A stretch of 64,000 bases of DNA, from contig JASANG010000932.1 of NCBI GenBank assembly GCA_030248215.1, forward strand, positions 434,001 through 498,000. Reading direction: 5' to 3'. The translations under genes were made by a program, and so were the position numbers. Under the pieces are notes generated by a model. The model made no database searches. It saw only the letters and a program-made list of their open reading frames with translations, and had not been told where the DNA came from. This DNA comes from Enoplolaimus lenunculus. Lineage: Eukaryota. Positions 37,008-49,970 of this stretch are shown here, one piece after another (position 1 is the stretch's first letter; every line of letters starts with the position of its first letter).

Positions 37008-38920
37008 CACTGTTACGGCCGTGTCCTACACATTAACCATTTTAAAGCAAAAACAATAGTAGTACGGTAATGTTTTTTTATTGTTTTGTTTATCTTGGCC
37101 CTTGTAAACAATAGGGGGGTGCCTGCTAAAAAAGCATAAACGTAAACGACATGAACGTTATTTTTATTATATGATGTTTTCGTAATAAAAACCTGGGCGA
37201 TCACTAAAAACGAGCGAATCGGTTAAAATCTAAAAAGGTAACATGAACCGGAAGACAATACATTAACACAGACGTTGCATCAGTTTAGATTTGAAACAAA
37301 TTTTATTAAATTCATTTCCAAAAATATGCCATGGTAAATATAAGAATACGTATTTTTAACGATGTGTATCAGGGTGCAACCGGAGGTGGAAAAAATTTTA
37401 CCGGAGCCAGAAGTGAATCAGGAGTTGCGGCAAAATTAGGTACATTAAGGTGGTATAAAATGATTTCCTGCAAATGAGAAATTTGTAAGCCAATGTCATG
37501 GGACGTTCATATTTTGTCTACGTAACCGCTTTTCAGATCGCAACATTATGTTGATGTAGAAGGAATATGAACAAAACGTGTTCCAAACTGCCACAATTAT
37601 AACGTGAGCCTCGCTTAAGGTGCTATGTCTACCGGAGCCAGAGGGAGACCTTCGATTGTGCCCTGGTGTATATGGGATCTATCACCAGGGAATATGTCTA
37701 ACAAACAAGAAGTGAATCAAACTTTACAAACCTTGTACTGCAAAAGCTACACAGCAGTGTTAACATAGAGATTTGCATAAGTCGTAGGTAGTTAGCAGTG
37801 TACGATCGGTGGTCCGGATCCGGCTGAAAAACAACGTCCGGCTCTGGTATACTTTTTGCCAGGCGTTCGGGTGTTGTTGGAAACCTCAGACTCTCATGTG
37901 ATTTTTCCTAGTAAAGTGAATTTTACTACGAAATATCAGACCCTATGACTGTATACCTTCAGCTCACTTTAATACAAAGAATCGGACCAAAAATTAATTT
38001 TTGCTAAATTTAAGTTCTTTCACAGCTTTATACATGTTACGTAGTATCATATGATATTCAAAAGGAAAATTTGTTTAGACGAAAGAAAAGGTTCGGTTTT
38101 TAGTTTAGTCCTTCAAAAATACAGTCTGGGATTTATGTGAGAAATAGTAGGGCTGCAAAAATTGCTACTGGTTCAGCAGCGAGCTTGTATTTTGCTACAT
38201 GTAAACTTAAAAGTTTGATTAAGCGTATTCCTAAAGCCTAAAACCTAAAGCCTAAGCGTTGCAAAAATGTGTTCCTAAACCGAAACCTAGCCTAAGCAAA
38301 AAATGCAACCTGGAATCTTATCCTACTATTTTATAGACTCACCAGAAACCTGGACTCCCTTAAAGTAAACATGAGGCAAAGTTTAGGTTAAACTTTAATT
38401 ATATAAAATTTACTTAGGTGAAAAATAAGATTCATTGCCATAATTTTTACGTATACTTGAATGTTTTAGAATTTTCTGATTCAATTTTAAATAATTTACA
38501 TTTATCAGGAATAAATCAAGCCTTGCATTACTAGGGCCCATGTATAGAACAGGGCCTGATCGTTTTTCGGAGGGGCTATAACAGAATCAGTTTAAGCTTT
38601 AGACTAACTTTTTTGCTTAGGCTTTGGCTTTGGCTTTGGCTTAGGCTTAGGCTTAGGAATATGCTTATACTACTGTTCCGGCCCTGTTCTATACATGGTC
38701 CTATTACCAGGAACACGCGTTGCCTATAAAAATGTTTATTTTGGTAGCATAAACTGTTATCTTACAAATTCCAGTGTTATAGTCGCTGTTTTACTTAATT
38801 TTAGAACGAAATTTTCTACAAAACAATCCTTACTGACATTATTGGTTCGTTTCTTAAATGTGTTAAACGCAACGGTTATCTTCAAAATTCCAGAGTTACT
38901 CTGCTAACCGGTACGAAACG

Positions 38921-38931
38921 GGGGTATAAAA
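38921..38931 (+). promoter_or_regulatory. Candidate TATA box of the peptide-precursor gene
   Basis: GGGGTATAAAA lies ~125 nt upstream of the ATG at 39050. An acceptor (ttatttgttcag, ends 39032) sits between them, either a 5'UTR intron or a trans-splice site. Confidence 0.45.
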
Positions 38932-39049
38932 ATGGTTGCGCAGTTTTGATTCGGCTCAATATCCGATTGAAATATTAAAATTTACAGGGTCATATTTTTG
39001 TTTGTGTTTTAATTTCATATTTATTTGTTCAGTAACAACGTAAAAAATC

Positions 39050-42000
39050 ATGAACGTCGCAGTACGTCTGCTCTTGATTTACGGTAAGCGATAAGAAAAT
39101 AATTCGAGAAAAATATTAAAAGTACAAGACGAGTTTAAGTAATTTAAGAAGTTTTAAACCTTAGGATAACTAAACCGCTGGTCTTGAATACATTGACGCG
39201 ATTCAAGCTGACAGTTTTGGGCCAGTGTTAAGAACAGGAGCGGAACAGGATTATATACATATTCCTAAGCGTAAGCCTAAGCCTAAGCCTGAGCGTAAAA
39301 ATGAGCATATTCCTAAACCTAATGCGGGATTTAAGTTACAACCGGGGCAGGCGGGACACGGTTTGTCCCATGGTGGTTTGACATCAACATTAAAATTCGG
39401 GCTGTCATATCGGGTCCGCAGACATTACTCAGATGCCATATGACACTAACCTACAAAGCACTGCTCTCAGGTGTTCTTTGTGTACAAGAGACAGTATGTC
39501 ACATGATACTAGAGGACATTTATGCGAATATCATATGATATTCCAAAATTACAACGAATATCATATGATAATCACCGGGACAGTGCAATCTTCTATGTGG
39601 GATGACAGAGGCACAGGTGCACCTAAAAATATCAAAAGCAAGCCGGATTCATTTCCGGCACAAACGCGCTCAGAGCTATAGCGTGATATTCAAAAATTCA
39701 AATTTGAAATTCTAGTATCATGTGATATTCAACAGGACAATTTGGGTACCTCAACTGTGCAGAGAATTGAAAATATATCATATGAGATTCGCAGACAAAA
39801 TGTCGAATATCATATGATATTGAAGTACAAAAGGCGATCTACACTTGATGATTGCAGACAAATACGACTTTTTGAATATGATATGGAGTCTATAAGCAGA
39901 CAAAATGATACCCAATAGTCTGATAGTGACAAACCATGTCTCAAGCTGCCCCGGTTATAACGTGAACCGCGCATAAGCTTACACCTAAGTCAAAAGTCCA
40001 GCAAAAAATTAGTCTAAAGTTTAAGCTTGCTCTATTGTAGTCCCACAGAAAAACGTTCCGCCCTTGATCTTTGCATGGGCCCAGTTTTGGAACCGGCATG
40101 CTGATGAAGTAAAAAGCTCGGTTGTATTGTATTTGTTCAGTTAACCTTTGAAATGGATTAGATATTATTGTTTATATATTTTTAGTTATGCTTGTTGCCT
40201 ACGGTAGCGGATCTCCAGTCGGTAAGTTAGTAATAGTAATTGACATGCATTAAATTCGCGACGCTATTTTGCTATAGTTTCTTTACAATGCAAAATCAAA
40301 ACGAGGGAAACGTGAAATTGAGTTGGAACTATGAAGATAATGGCTCAAAGTTTATGAAAAGAGAACATGTTAATTATACAAAACTGCGCGAAATCTTGAA
40401 CTGACCAAATTTCACAACATTTATGATTTTTAATTATTACAAATGTTATATTCATTCGTAGTACAACAATTTGTTTCAGTGAAGAAACGGCAAGAATGTG
40501 AGTTTTAGTGTTTACATTGTATTTTCAAATAAGTTTTTTATATTTGTCACCAACATCCACCGTACATCCACCAGACAACTCGTAGACCGACTGAACGGCG
40601 TATACTTAGTCACATTATCGCACATACCCGTGCCACTATGTCAATATGTTATAGAAATGACAGCTGTTTTGCCCATAGTTTGTTAGAAAGGACTCCGCTT
40701 TTTGCATAATACAGAGTTTGTCCGAAGGCACTCTGTTTAGCGATTATGCAAAGTCCGTCCGTTGTACCGCCTTTACAGCCAAAGGTGTTGACGTTTTGCA
40801 GTAAGTTAGGCAGAATAATGTAAATGACCCAGAAGCTATTCATGCATACAGTGGAAAATTGCATTAATTATCAATGGAGCTAAAGATCATTTTAATAAAA
40901 AATGTACTAGGTATATCACTAAAGTAATCATGCCTATTTTAACATAAAAATCTCGAGACCTTCAACATACGTGATAAAGCATTGTTTTAGCAGATGTCAC
41001 TGTCAAATTTAATTTGTTTCACATTGGGCTAAATAGCAAAGTTTTAGTCGCGATAGATGTGTCACCCGTTTATGAATTCCGTCGCAGATCCATGGAGATA
41101 GTGTATGCAGAAAGTCTACCAGTTTAATCTCAAGATAATATTAATTGTATATAGAGTATACACGAATTCGCCGTATTTGATTTTAATCATACGAACAGAC
41201 GTTTGCAACCATATTGTTTTGTACATTTTAGGGTTTGCTTTACGCAGATTGCATGAGGTTACCCTAATGTTTATTAGGAAGCAAATGCCAGTAGCAAAAT
41301 TCACGATTTTTAACTAAACACTTCATGCGTACAGTGCAAAAATGCATTCAAATCAGTAGGACTAAGGATCATTGTAATATATAAACGTTTTATATTACTT
41401 AAGTAGTCATGCTTATTTTATAATTTTATCAATTTATTTCAGTGGCAAAACGAATTCCTTTGGTAATAGAAGGAGTCGGCACGTTTGAAGGTAAGGTCGA
41501 TGAAACTGTTTTAACAATAATGAAAAAATAGTTATAAATGCTACATTAAGGCTGTTTAAGTAATTTCAGAAATCACTAGCTCAATAGTAACTACTGTTTA
41601 AAGTATTTTATTTCGGGATTAAGGTTCTGTCTAAAAATAATTTGTAGTGGTTCTACTAAATTCCAAACTTCTATCGTTGCCACAAATTACCTATTCAAAT
41701 TCTTCGAGAGGGTTGCCGAATGAGAATGAAGAAGTATTTAAGGTATTGCTAGCTGTTTTTGCGGCATTTAAGCACAGATGGCTCAAAGTTTAGGACAAAA
41801 GAACCTGCTACTTAAAAAATTGCGCGAAATTTTGAACTGACAGAATTTAACAACATTTATGAATTTTAATTATTACAAATGTTATTTTCATTTGTATTAC
41901 AACAATTTGTTTCAGTTAAGAAACGACAAGAATGTAAGTTGTAGTTGTTTACATTGTATTATTCAAATTAGTTGTTGATATTCGTCACTCACATCCAACG

Positions 42001-45000
42001 TACACCCACCAGACAACTGGCAGACCGTCCGAATGGCGTATACGTAGTCACATTATCGCACATACACATGCCACTTAACACAGAGTTTGTCCGAAGTGAC
42101 TCTGTTTACCCATTTTGCAGAGTCTGTCCGTTGTACTGCTTTTACAGCCAAGTGTGTTGACGTTTTACAGTAAGTTAGGCAGAATAATGTGAATAACCCA
42201 TAAGCTATTCATGTACCCAGTGCAAAAATGCATTAATTATCAATAGAGCTAAAGATCATTTTAATAAAAAATGTACTAGGTATATCACTAAAGTAATCAT
42301 GCCTATTTTAACTTAAAAATCTCGAGACCTTCAACATACGTGATAAAGCATTGTCTTAGCAGATGTCACTGTCAAATTTAATTTGTTTCACATTGTGCTA
42401 AATAGCAAAGTTTTCTACTCGTACTAAAGCTTTAAAAACTATTAATAAAAGTGGCAATAGATGTGTCACCCATTAACGAATTCCGTCGCAGATCCATGGA
42501 GATAGTGTATGCAGAAAGTCTACCAGTTTAATCTCAAGATAATATTAATTGTATATAGAGTATACATGAATTCGCCGTATTTGATTTTAATCACACGAAC
42601 AGACGTTTGCAACCATATTGCTTTATGCATTTTAGGGTTTGCTTTACGCAGATTGCATGAAGTTACCGTAATGTTTATTAGGAAGCAAATGCCAGTAGCA
42701 AAATTCACGATTTTTATGTAAACACTTCATGCGTACAGTGCAAAAATGCATTCAAATCAGTAGGACTAAGGATCATTGTAATATATAAACGTTTTATATT
42801 ACTTAAGTAGTCATGCTTATTTTAAAATTTCATCAATTTATTTCAGTGGCAAAACGAATTCCTTTGGTAATGGAAGGAGTCGGCACGTTTGAAGGTAAGG
42901 TCGATGAAACTGTTTTAACAATAATGAAAAAATAGTTATAAATGCTACATTAAGGCTGTTTAAGTAATTTCAGAAATCACTAGCTCAATAGTAACTACTG
43001 TTTAAAGTATTTTATTTCTGGATTAAGGTTCTGTCTAAAAAATAATCTGTAGTGGTTCTACTAAATTCCAAACTTCTATCGTTGCCAAAAATTACCTATT
43101 CAAATTCTTCGTGAGGGTCGCCGAATGAGAATGAAGAAGTATTTAAGGTATTGCGAGCTTTTTTTGCTGCATTTAAGAGCAGGTGGCTCAAAGTTTAGGA
43201 AAAAAGAACCTGCTACTTAAAAAACTGCGCGAAATTTTGAACTGACAGAATTTAACAACATTTATGATTTTAATTATTACAAATGTTATTTTCATTTGTA
43301 TTACAACAATTTGTTTCAGTTAAGAAACGACAAGAATGTAAGTTGCAGTTGTTTGCATTGTATTTTTCAAATCAGTTGTTTATATTCGTCACCCACATCC
43401 AGCGTACACAGACCAGACAACTGGCGGACCGTCTGAATGGCGTATACGTAGTCACATTATCGCACATACGCATGCCACTTAACACAGAGTTTGTCCGAAG
43501 TGACTCTGTTTACCAATTTTGCCGAGTCTGTCCGTTGTACTGCCTTTACAGCCAAGTGTGTTGACGTTTTAAAGTAAGTTAGGCAGAATAATGTGGATAA
43601 CCCATAAGCTATTCATGCACCCAGTGCAAAAATGCATTCATTATTAATAGAGCTAAAGATCATTTTAATAAAAAAATGTACTAGGTATATCACTAAACTA
43701 ATCATGTCTATTTTAACTTAAAAATATCGATACCTTCAACATACGTGATAAAGCATTGTTTTAGCAGAAGTCACTGTCAAATTTAATTTGTTTCACATTG
43801 TGCTAAATAGCAAAGTTTTCTACTCGTACTAAAGCTTTAAAAACTATTAATAAAAGTCGCAATAGATGTGTCACCCATTTACGAATTCCGTCGCAGATCC
43901 ATGGAGATAGTGTATGCAGAAAGTCTACCAGTTTAATCTCAAGATAATATTAATTGTATATAGAGTATACATGAATTCGCCGTATTTGATTTTAATCACA
44001 CGAACAGACGTTTGCAACCATATTGCTTTATACATTTTAGGGTTTGCTTTACGCAGATTGCAAGAGGTTACCCTAATGTTTATTAGGAAGCAAATGCCAG
44101 TAGCAAAATTCACGATTTTTAACTAAACACTTCATGCGTACAGTGCAAAAATGCATTCAAATCAGTAGGACTAAGGATCATTGTAATATATAAACGTTAC
44201 AGTGCAAAAATGCATTCAAATCAGTAGGACTAAGGATCATTGTAATATATAAACGTTTTATATTACTTAAGTAGTCATGCTTATTTTAAAATTTTATCAA
44301 TTTATTTCAGTGGAAAAACGAATTCCTTTGGTAATAGAAGGAGTCGGCACGTTTGAAGGTAAGGTCGATGAAACTGTTTTAACAATAATGAAAAAATAGT
44401 TATAAATGCTACATTAAGGCTGTTTAAGTAATTTCAGAAATCACTAGCTCAATAGTAACTACTGTTTAAAGTATTTTATTTCGGGATTAAGGTTCTGTCT
44501 AAAAATAATTTGTAGTGGTTCTACTAAATTCCAAACTTCTATCGTTGCCAAAAATTACCTATTCAATTCTTCGTGAGGGTCGCCGAATGAGAATGAAGAA
44601 GTATTTAAGGTATTGCGAGCTGTTTTTGCTGCATTTAAGAGCAGGTGGCTCAAAGTTTAGGAAAAAAGAACCTGCTACTTAAAAAACTGCGCGAAATTTT
44701 GAACTGACAGAATTTAACAACATTTATGATTTTAATTATTACAAATGTTATTTTCATTTGTATTACAACAATTTGTTTCAGTTAAGAAACGACAAGAATG
44801 TAAGTTGCAGTTGTTTGCATTGTATTTTTCAAATCAGTTGTTTATATTCGTCACCCACATCCAGCGTACACAGACCAGACAACTGGCAGACCGTCTGAAT
44901 GGCGTATACGAAGTCACATTATCGCACATACGCATGCCACTTAACACAGAGTTTGTCCGAAGTGACTCTGTTTACCAATTTTGCCGAGTCTGTCCGTTGT

Positions 45001-48000
45001 ACTGCCTTTACAGCCAAGTGTGTTGACGTTTTAAAGTAAGTTAGGCAGAATAATGTGGATAACCCATAAGCTATTCATGCACCCAGTGCAAAAATGCATT
45101 CATTATTAATAGAGCTAAAGATCATTTTAATAAAAAAATGTACTAGGTATATCACTAAACTAATCATGTCTATTTTAACTTAAAAATATCGATACCTTCA
45201 ACATACGTGATAAAGCATTGTTTTAGCAGAAGTCACTGTCAAATTTAATTTGTTTCACATTGTGCTAAATAGCAAAGTTTTCTACTCGTACTAAAGCTTT
45301 AAAAACTATTAATAAAAGTCGCAATAGATGTGTCACCCATTTACGAATTCCGTCGCAGATCCATGGAGATAGTGTATCCAGAAAGTCTACCAGTTTAATC
45401 TCAAGATAATATTAATTGTATATAGAGTATACATGAATTCGCCGTATTTGATTTTAATCATACGAACAGACGTTTGTAACCATATTGCTTTATGCATTTT
45501 AGGGTTTGCTTCGTAGATTGCATGAAGTTACCGTAATGTTTATTAGGAAGCAAATGCCAGTAGCAAAATTCACGATTTTTATGTAAACACTTCATGCGTA
45601 CAGTGCAAGAATGCATTCAAATCAGTAGGACTAAGGATCATTGTAATATATAAACGTTACAGTGCAAAAATGCATTCAAATCAGTAGGACTAAGGATCAT
45701 TGTAATATATAAACGTTTTATATTACTTAAGTAGTCATGCTTATTTTAAAATTTTATCAATTTATTTCAGTGGCAAAACGAATTCCTTTGGTAATAGAAG
45801 GAGTCGGCACGTTTGAAGGTAAGGTCGATGAAACTGTTTTAACAATAATGAAAAAATAGTTATAAATGCTACATTAAGGCTGTTTAAGTAATTTCAGAAA
45901 TCACTAGCTCAATAGTAACTACTGTTTAAAGTATTTTATTTCGGGATTAAGGTTCTGTCTAAAAATAATTTGTAGTGGTTCTACTAAATTCCAAACTTCT
46001 ATCGTTGCCAAAAATTACCTATTCAATTCTTCGTGAGGGTCGCCGAATGAGAATGAAGAAGTATTTAAGGTATTGCGAGCTGTTTTTGCTGCATTTAAGA
46101 GCAGGTGGCTCAAAGTTTAGGAAAAAAGAACCTGCTACTTAAAAAACTGCGCGAAATTTTGAACTGACAGAATTTAACAACATTTATGATTTTAATTATT
46201 ACAAATGTTATTTTCATTTGTATTACAACAATTTGTTTCAGTTAAGAAACGACAAGAATGTAAGTTGCAGTTGTTTGCATTGTATTTTTCAAATCAGTTG
46301 TTTATATTCGTCACCCACATCCAGCGTACACAGACCAGACAACTGGCAGACCGTCTGAATGGCGTATACGAAGTCACATTATCGCACATACGCATGCCAC
46401 TTAACACAGAGTTTGTCCGAAGTGACTCTGTTTACCAATTTTGCCGAGTCTGTCCGTTGTACTGCCTTTACAGCCAAGTGTGTTGACGTTTTAAAGTAAG
46501 TTAGGCAGAATAATGTGGATAACCCATAAGCTATTCATGCACCCAGTGCAAAAATGCATTCATTATTAATAGAGCTAAAGATCATTTTAATAAAAAAATG
46601 TACTAGGTATATCACTAAACTAATCATGTCTATTTTAACTTAAAAATATCGATACCTTCAACATACGTGATAAAGCATTGTTTTAGCAGAAGTCACTGTC
46701 AAATTTAATTTGTTTCACATTGTGCTAAATAGCAAAGTTTTCTACTCGTACTAAAGCTTTAAAAACTATTAATAAAAGTCGCAATAGATGTGTCACCCAT
46801 TAACGAATTCCGTCGCAGATCCATGGAGATAGTGTATGCAGAAAGTCTACCAGTTTAATCTCAAGATAATATTAATTGTATATAGAGTATACATGAATTC
46901 GCCGTATTTGATTTTAATCACACGAACAGACGTTTGCAACCATATTGCTTTATACATTTTAGGGTTTGCTTTACGCAGATTGCAAGAGGTTACCCTAATG
47001 TTTATTAGGAAGCAAATGCCAGTAGCAAAATTCACGATTTTTAACTAAACACTTCATGCGTACAGTGCAAAAATGGATTCAAATCAGTAGGACTAAGGAT
47101 CATTGTAATATATAAACGTTACAGTGCAAAAATGCATTCAAATCAGTAGGACTAAGGATCATTGTAATATATAAACGTTTTATATTACTTAAGTAGTCAT
47201 GCTTATTTTAAAATTTTATCAATTTATTTCAGTGGCAAAACGAATTCCTTTGGTAATAGAAGGAGTCGGCACGTTTGAAGGTAAGGTCGATGAAACTGTT
47301 TTAACAATAATGAAAAAATAGTTATAAATGCTACATTAAGGCTGTTTAAGTAATTTCAGAAATCACTAGCTCAATAGTAACTACTGTTTAAAGTATTTTA
47401 TTTCGGGATTAAGGTTCTGTCTAAAAATAATTTGTAGTGGTTCTACTAAATTCCAAACTTCTATCGTTGCCAAAAATTACCTATTCAAATTCTTCGTGAG
47501 GGTTGCCGAATGAGAATGAAGAAGTATTTAAGGTATTGCGAGCTGTTTTTGCGGCATTTAAGAACAGATGGCTCAAAGTTTAGGAAAAAAGAACCTGCTA
47601 CTTAAAAAATTGCGCGAAATTTTGAACTGACAGAATTTAACAACATTTATGATTTTTAATTATTACAAATGTTATTTTCATTTGTATTACAACAATTTGT
47701 TTCAGTTAAGAAACGACAAGAATGTAAGTTGTAGTTGTTTGCATTGTATTTTTCAAATCAGTTGTTTATATTCGTCACCCACATCCAGCGTACACAGACC
47801 AGACAACTGGCAGACCGTCTGAATGGCGTATACGTAGTCACATTATCGCACATACGCATGCCACTTAACACAGAGTTTGTCCGAAGTGACTCTGTTTACC
47901 AATTTTGCCGAGTCTGTCCGTTGTACTGCCTTTACAGCCAAGTGTGTTGACGTTTTACAGTAAGTTAGGCAGAATAATGTGGATAACCCATAAGCTATTT

Positions 48001-49804
48001 ATGCATCCAATGCAAAAATGCATTAATTATCAATAGAGCTAAAGATCATTTTAATAAAAATGTACTAGGTATATCACTAAAGTAATCATGCCTATTTTAA
48101 CTTAAAAATCTCGAGACCTTCAACATACGTGATAAAGCATTGTTTTAGCAGATGTCACTGTCAAACGTAATTTGTTTCACATTGGGCTAAATAGCAAAGT
48201 TTTCTGCTCGTACTAAAGCTTTAAAAACTATTAATAAAAGTCGCGATAGATGTGTCACCCATTTTTGAATTCGTCCCAGATCCATGGAGATAGTGTATGC
48301 AGAAAGTCTACCAGTTTAATCTCAAGATAATATTAATTGTATATAGAGTATACATGAATTCGCCGTATTTGATTTTAATCATACGAACAGACGTTTGTAA
48401 CCATATTGCTTTATGCATTTTAGGGTTTGCTTCGTAGATTGCATGAAGTTACCGTAATGTTTATTAGGAAGCAAATGCCAGTAGCAAAATTCACGATTTT
48501 TATGTAAACACTTCATGCGTACAGTGCAAGAATGCATTCATATCAGTAGGACTAAGGATCATTGTAATGTATAAACGTTTTATATTACTTAAGTAGTCAT
48601 GCTTGTTTTAAAATTTTATCAATTTATTTCAGTGGCAAAACGAATTCCTTTGGTAATGGAAGGAGTCGGCACGTTTGAAGGTAAGGTCGATGAAACTGTT
48701 TTAACAATAATGAAAAAATAGTTATAAATGCTACATTAAGGCTGTTTAAGTAATTTCAGAAATCACTAGCTCAACAGTAACTACTGTTTAAAGTATTTTA
48801 TTTCGGGATTAAGGTTCTTTATAAAAAATAATTTCAGCGGTTCTACTAAATTCCAAACTTCTATCGTTGCCGAAAAATGACCTATTCAAATTCTTTGTGA
48901 GAGTTGCCGAATGAGAATGAAGAAATGTTTAAGGTATTGCGAGCTATTTTTGCTGCATTTAAGAACAGATGGTCAAAGTTTAGGAAAAACGAACCTGCTA
49001 CTTAAAAAAGTGCGCGAAATGTTGAACTGACAGAATTTAACAACATTTATGATTTTTAATTATTACAAATGTTATTTTCATTCGTAGTACAACAATTTGT
49101 TTCAGTAAAGAAACGACAAGAAAGTAAGTTTTAGTCGTTTACATTGTAGTTTTCAAATCAGTTGTTTATATTCGTCACCCACATCCAGGGTACACCCACC
49201 AGACAACTGGCAGACCGTCTGAACGGCGTATACTTAGTCACATTATCGCACATACCCGTGCCACTTGTCAATATGTTATAAAAATGAAACCTGTTTTGGC
49301 CATAGTTTGTTACAAAGGACTCCGCTTATTGTATGCTACAGAGTTTGTCCGAAGGGACTATGTTTACCGATTTTGCAGAGTCTGTCCGTTTTACTGCCTT
49401 TACAGCCAAGTGTGTTGACGTTTTACAGGAAGTTAGCCAGAATAATGTGGATTACCCATAAGCTATTCATGCATCCAGTGCAAAAATGCATTAATTATCA
49501 ATAGAGCTAAAAATCATTGCTCGTACAAAACCTTTCAAAACTATTAATAAAAGTGGCAATAGATGTATCACCCATATATGAATTCCGTCGCAGATTCATG
49601 GAGATAGTGTATGCAGAAAGTCTACCAGTTTAATCTCAAGACGATATTAATTGTATATAGAGTATAGATGAATTCGCCGTATTTGGCTTTAATCTAACGA
49701 ACGTGTGGTTGTTAAGATATTGCATTAAAAATCAATAGGGCTACAGATCATTTTAATGTAAATACGTACTATTCACGGACTAATAGTTATTTTCAGCAAA
49801 ATGA
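39050..49804 (+). CDS. Predicted secreted multi-copy peptide precursor encoded by micro-exons (16 coding exons, 163 aa): signal peptide, then SPV-VKKRQE-[L(A/E)KR-IPLV(I/M)EGVGTFEV-KKRQE]x6-TK*
   Basis: Exons 39050-39083 (MNVAVRLLLIY) and 40186-40221 (VMLVAYGSGSPV). Then alternating 18-nt exons (40480-40497, 41916-41933, 43320-43337, 44782-44799, 46242-46259, 47706-47723, 49106-49123) and 48-nt exons (41443-41490, 42847-42894, 44311-44358, 45771-45818, 47233-47280, 48633-48680), and a last exon 49797-49804. Acceptors are tttcag/ttttag, donors are gtaag/gtgag, every intron is phase 1, and the 492-nt frame is open. Differences inside the VKKRQE codons are synonymous (GTG/GTT/GTA, CGG/CGA). No transcript evidence is available here. 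Confidence 0.8.
39220..40081. mobile_element. Merlin-like MITE subfamily A interrupted by a TGCGG-terminal element (intron 1 of the peptide gene)
   Basis: Perfect 8-bp TSD cagttttg at 39212-39219 and 40082-40089, GGCC termini, insert at 39323-39973. Confidence 0.8.
40340..49700 (+). repeat. Tandem array of ~1.40-1.46 kb exon+intron units (about 6.5 copies)
   Basis: Spacings between successive 18-nt exons are 1436, 1404, 1462, 1460, 1464 and 1400 bp. Intron sequence is near-identical between units. A ~58-bp internal duplication (acagtgcaaaaatgcattcaaatcagtagg...) occurs in units 3-5. Confidence 0.95.
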
Positions 49805-49970
49805 ACGTCATGAGATGAATGACAATTACTGTTCGACACAGTCCTTAAACTGCTACTAAAATCAAATTGAATTTTTATTGGACGTAGAAAATATAACAGT
49901 GTTTATTGCAGTATGATTGGCTGAATTTTTATTTATGTTCTAATCGTTGATTTAAGCTGTTATAATAAAC

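Noticed and set aside
42148..42505. Additional candidate micro-exons per unit (22-nt cag|CCAAGTGTGTTGACGTTTTACA|gtaagt; 15-nt cag|ATCCATGGAGATAGT|gtatgc)
   Set aside because: They break the phase-1 frame or introduce a stop, and the 22-nt donor is lost in the last unit. They are left out of the model, though cDNA could reveal minor isoforms.
40498..48000. Recurrent 60-93 aa ORFs in the 1.4-kb units (MQKVYQFNLK.., MLFSFVLQQF..QLADRLNG, MNFATGICF..)
   Set aside because: They recur only because the DNA is repeated, are disrupted in some copies, and lie mostly in introns of the micro-exon model.
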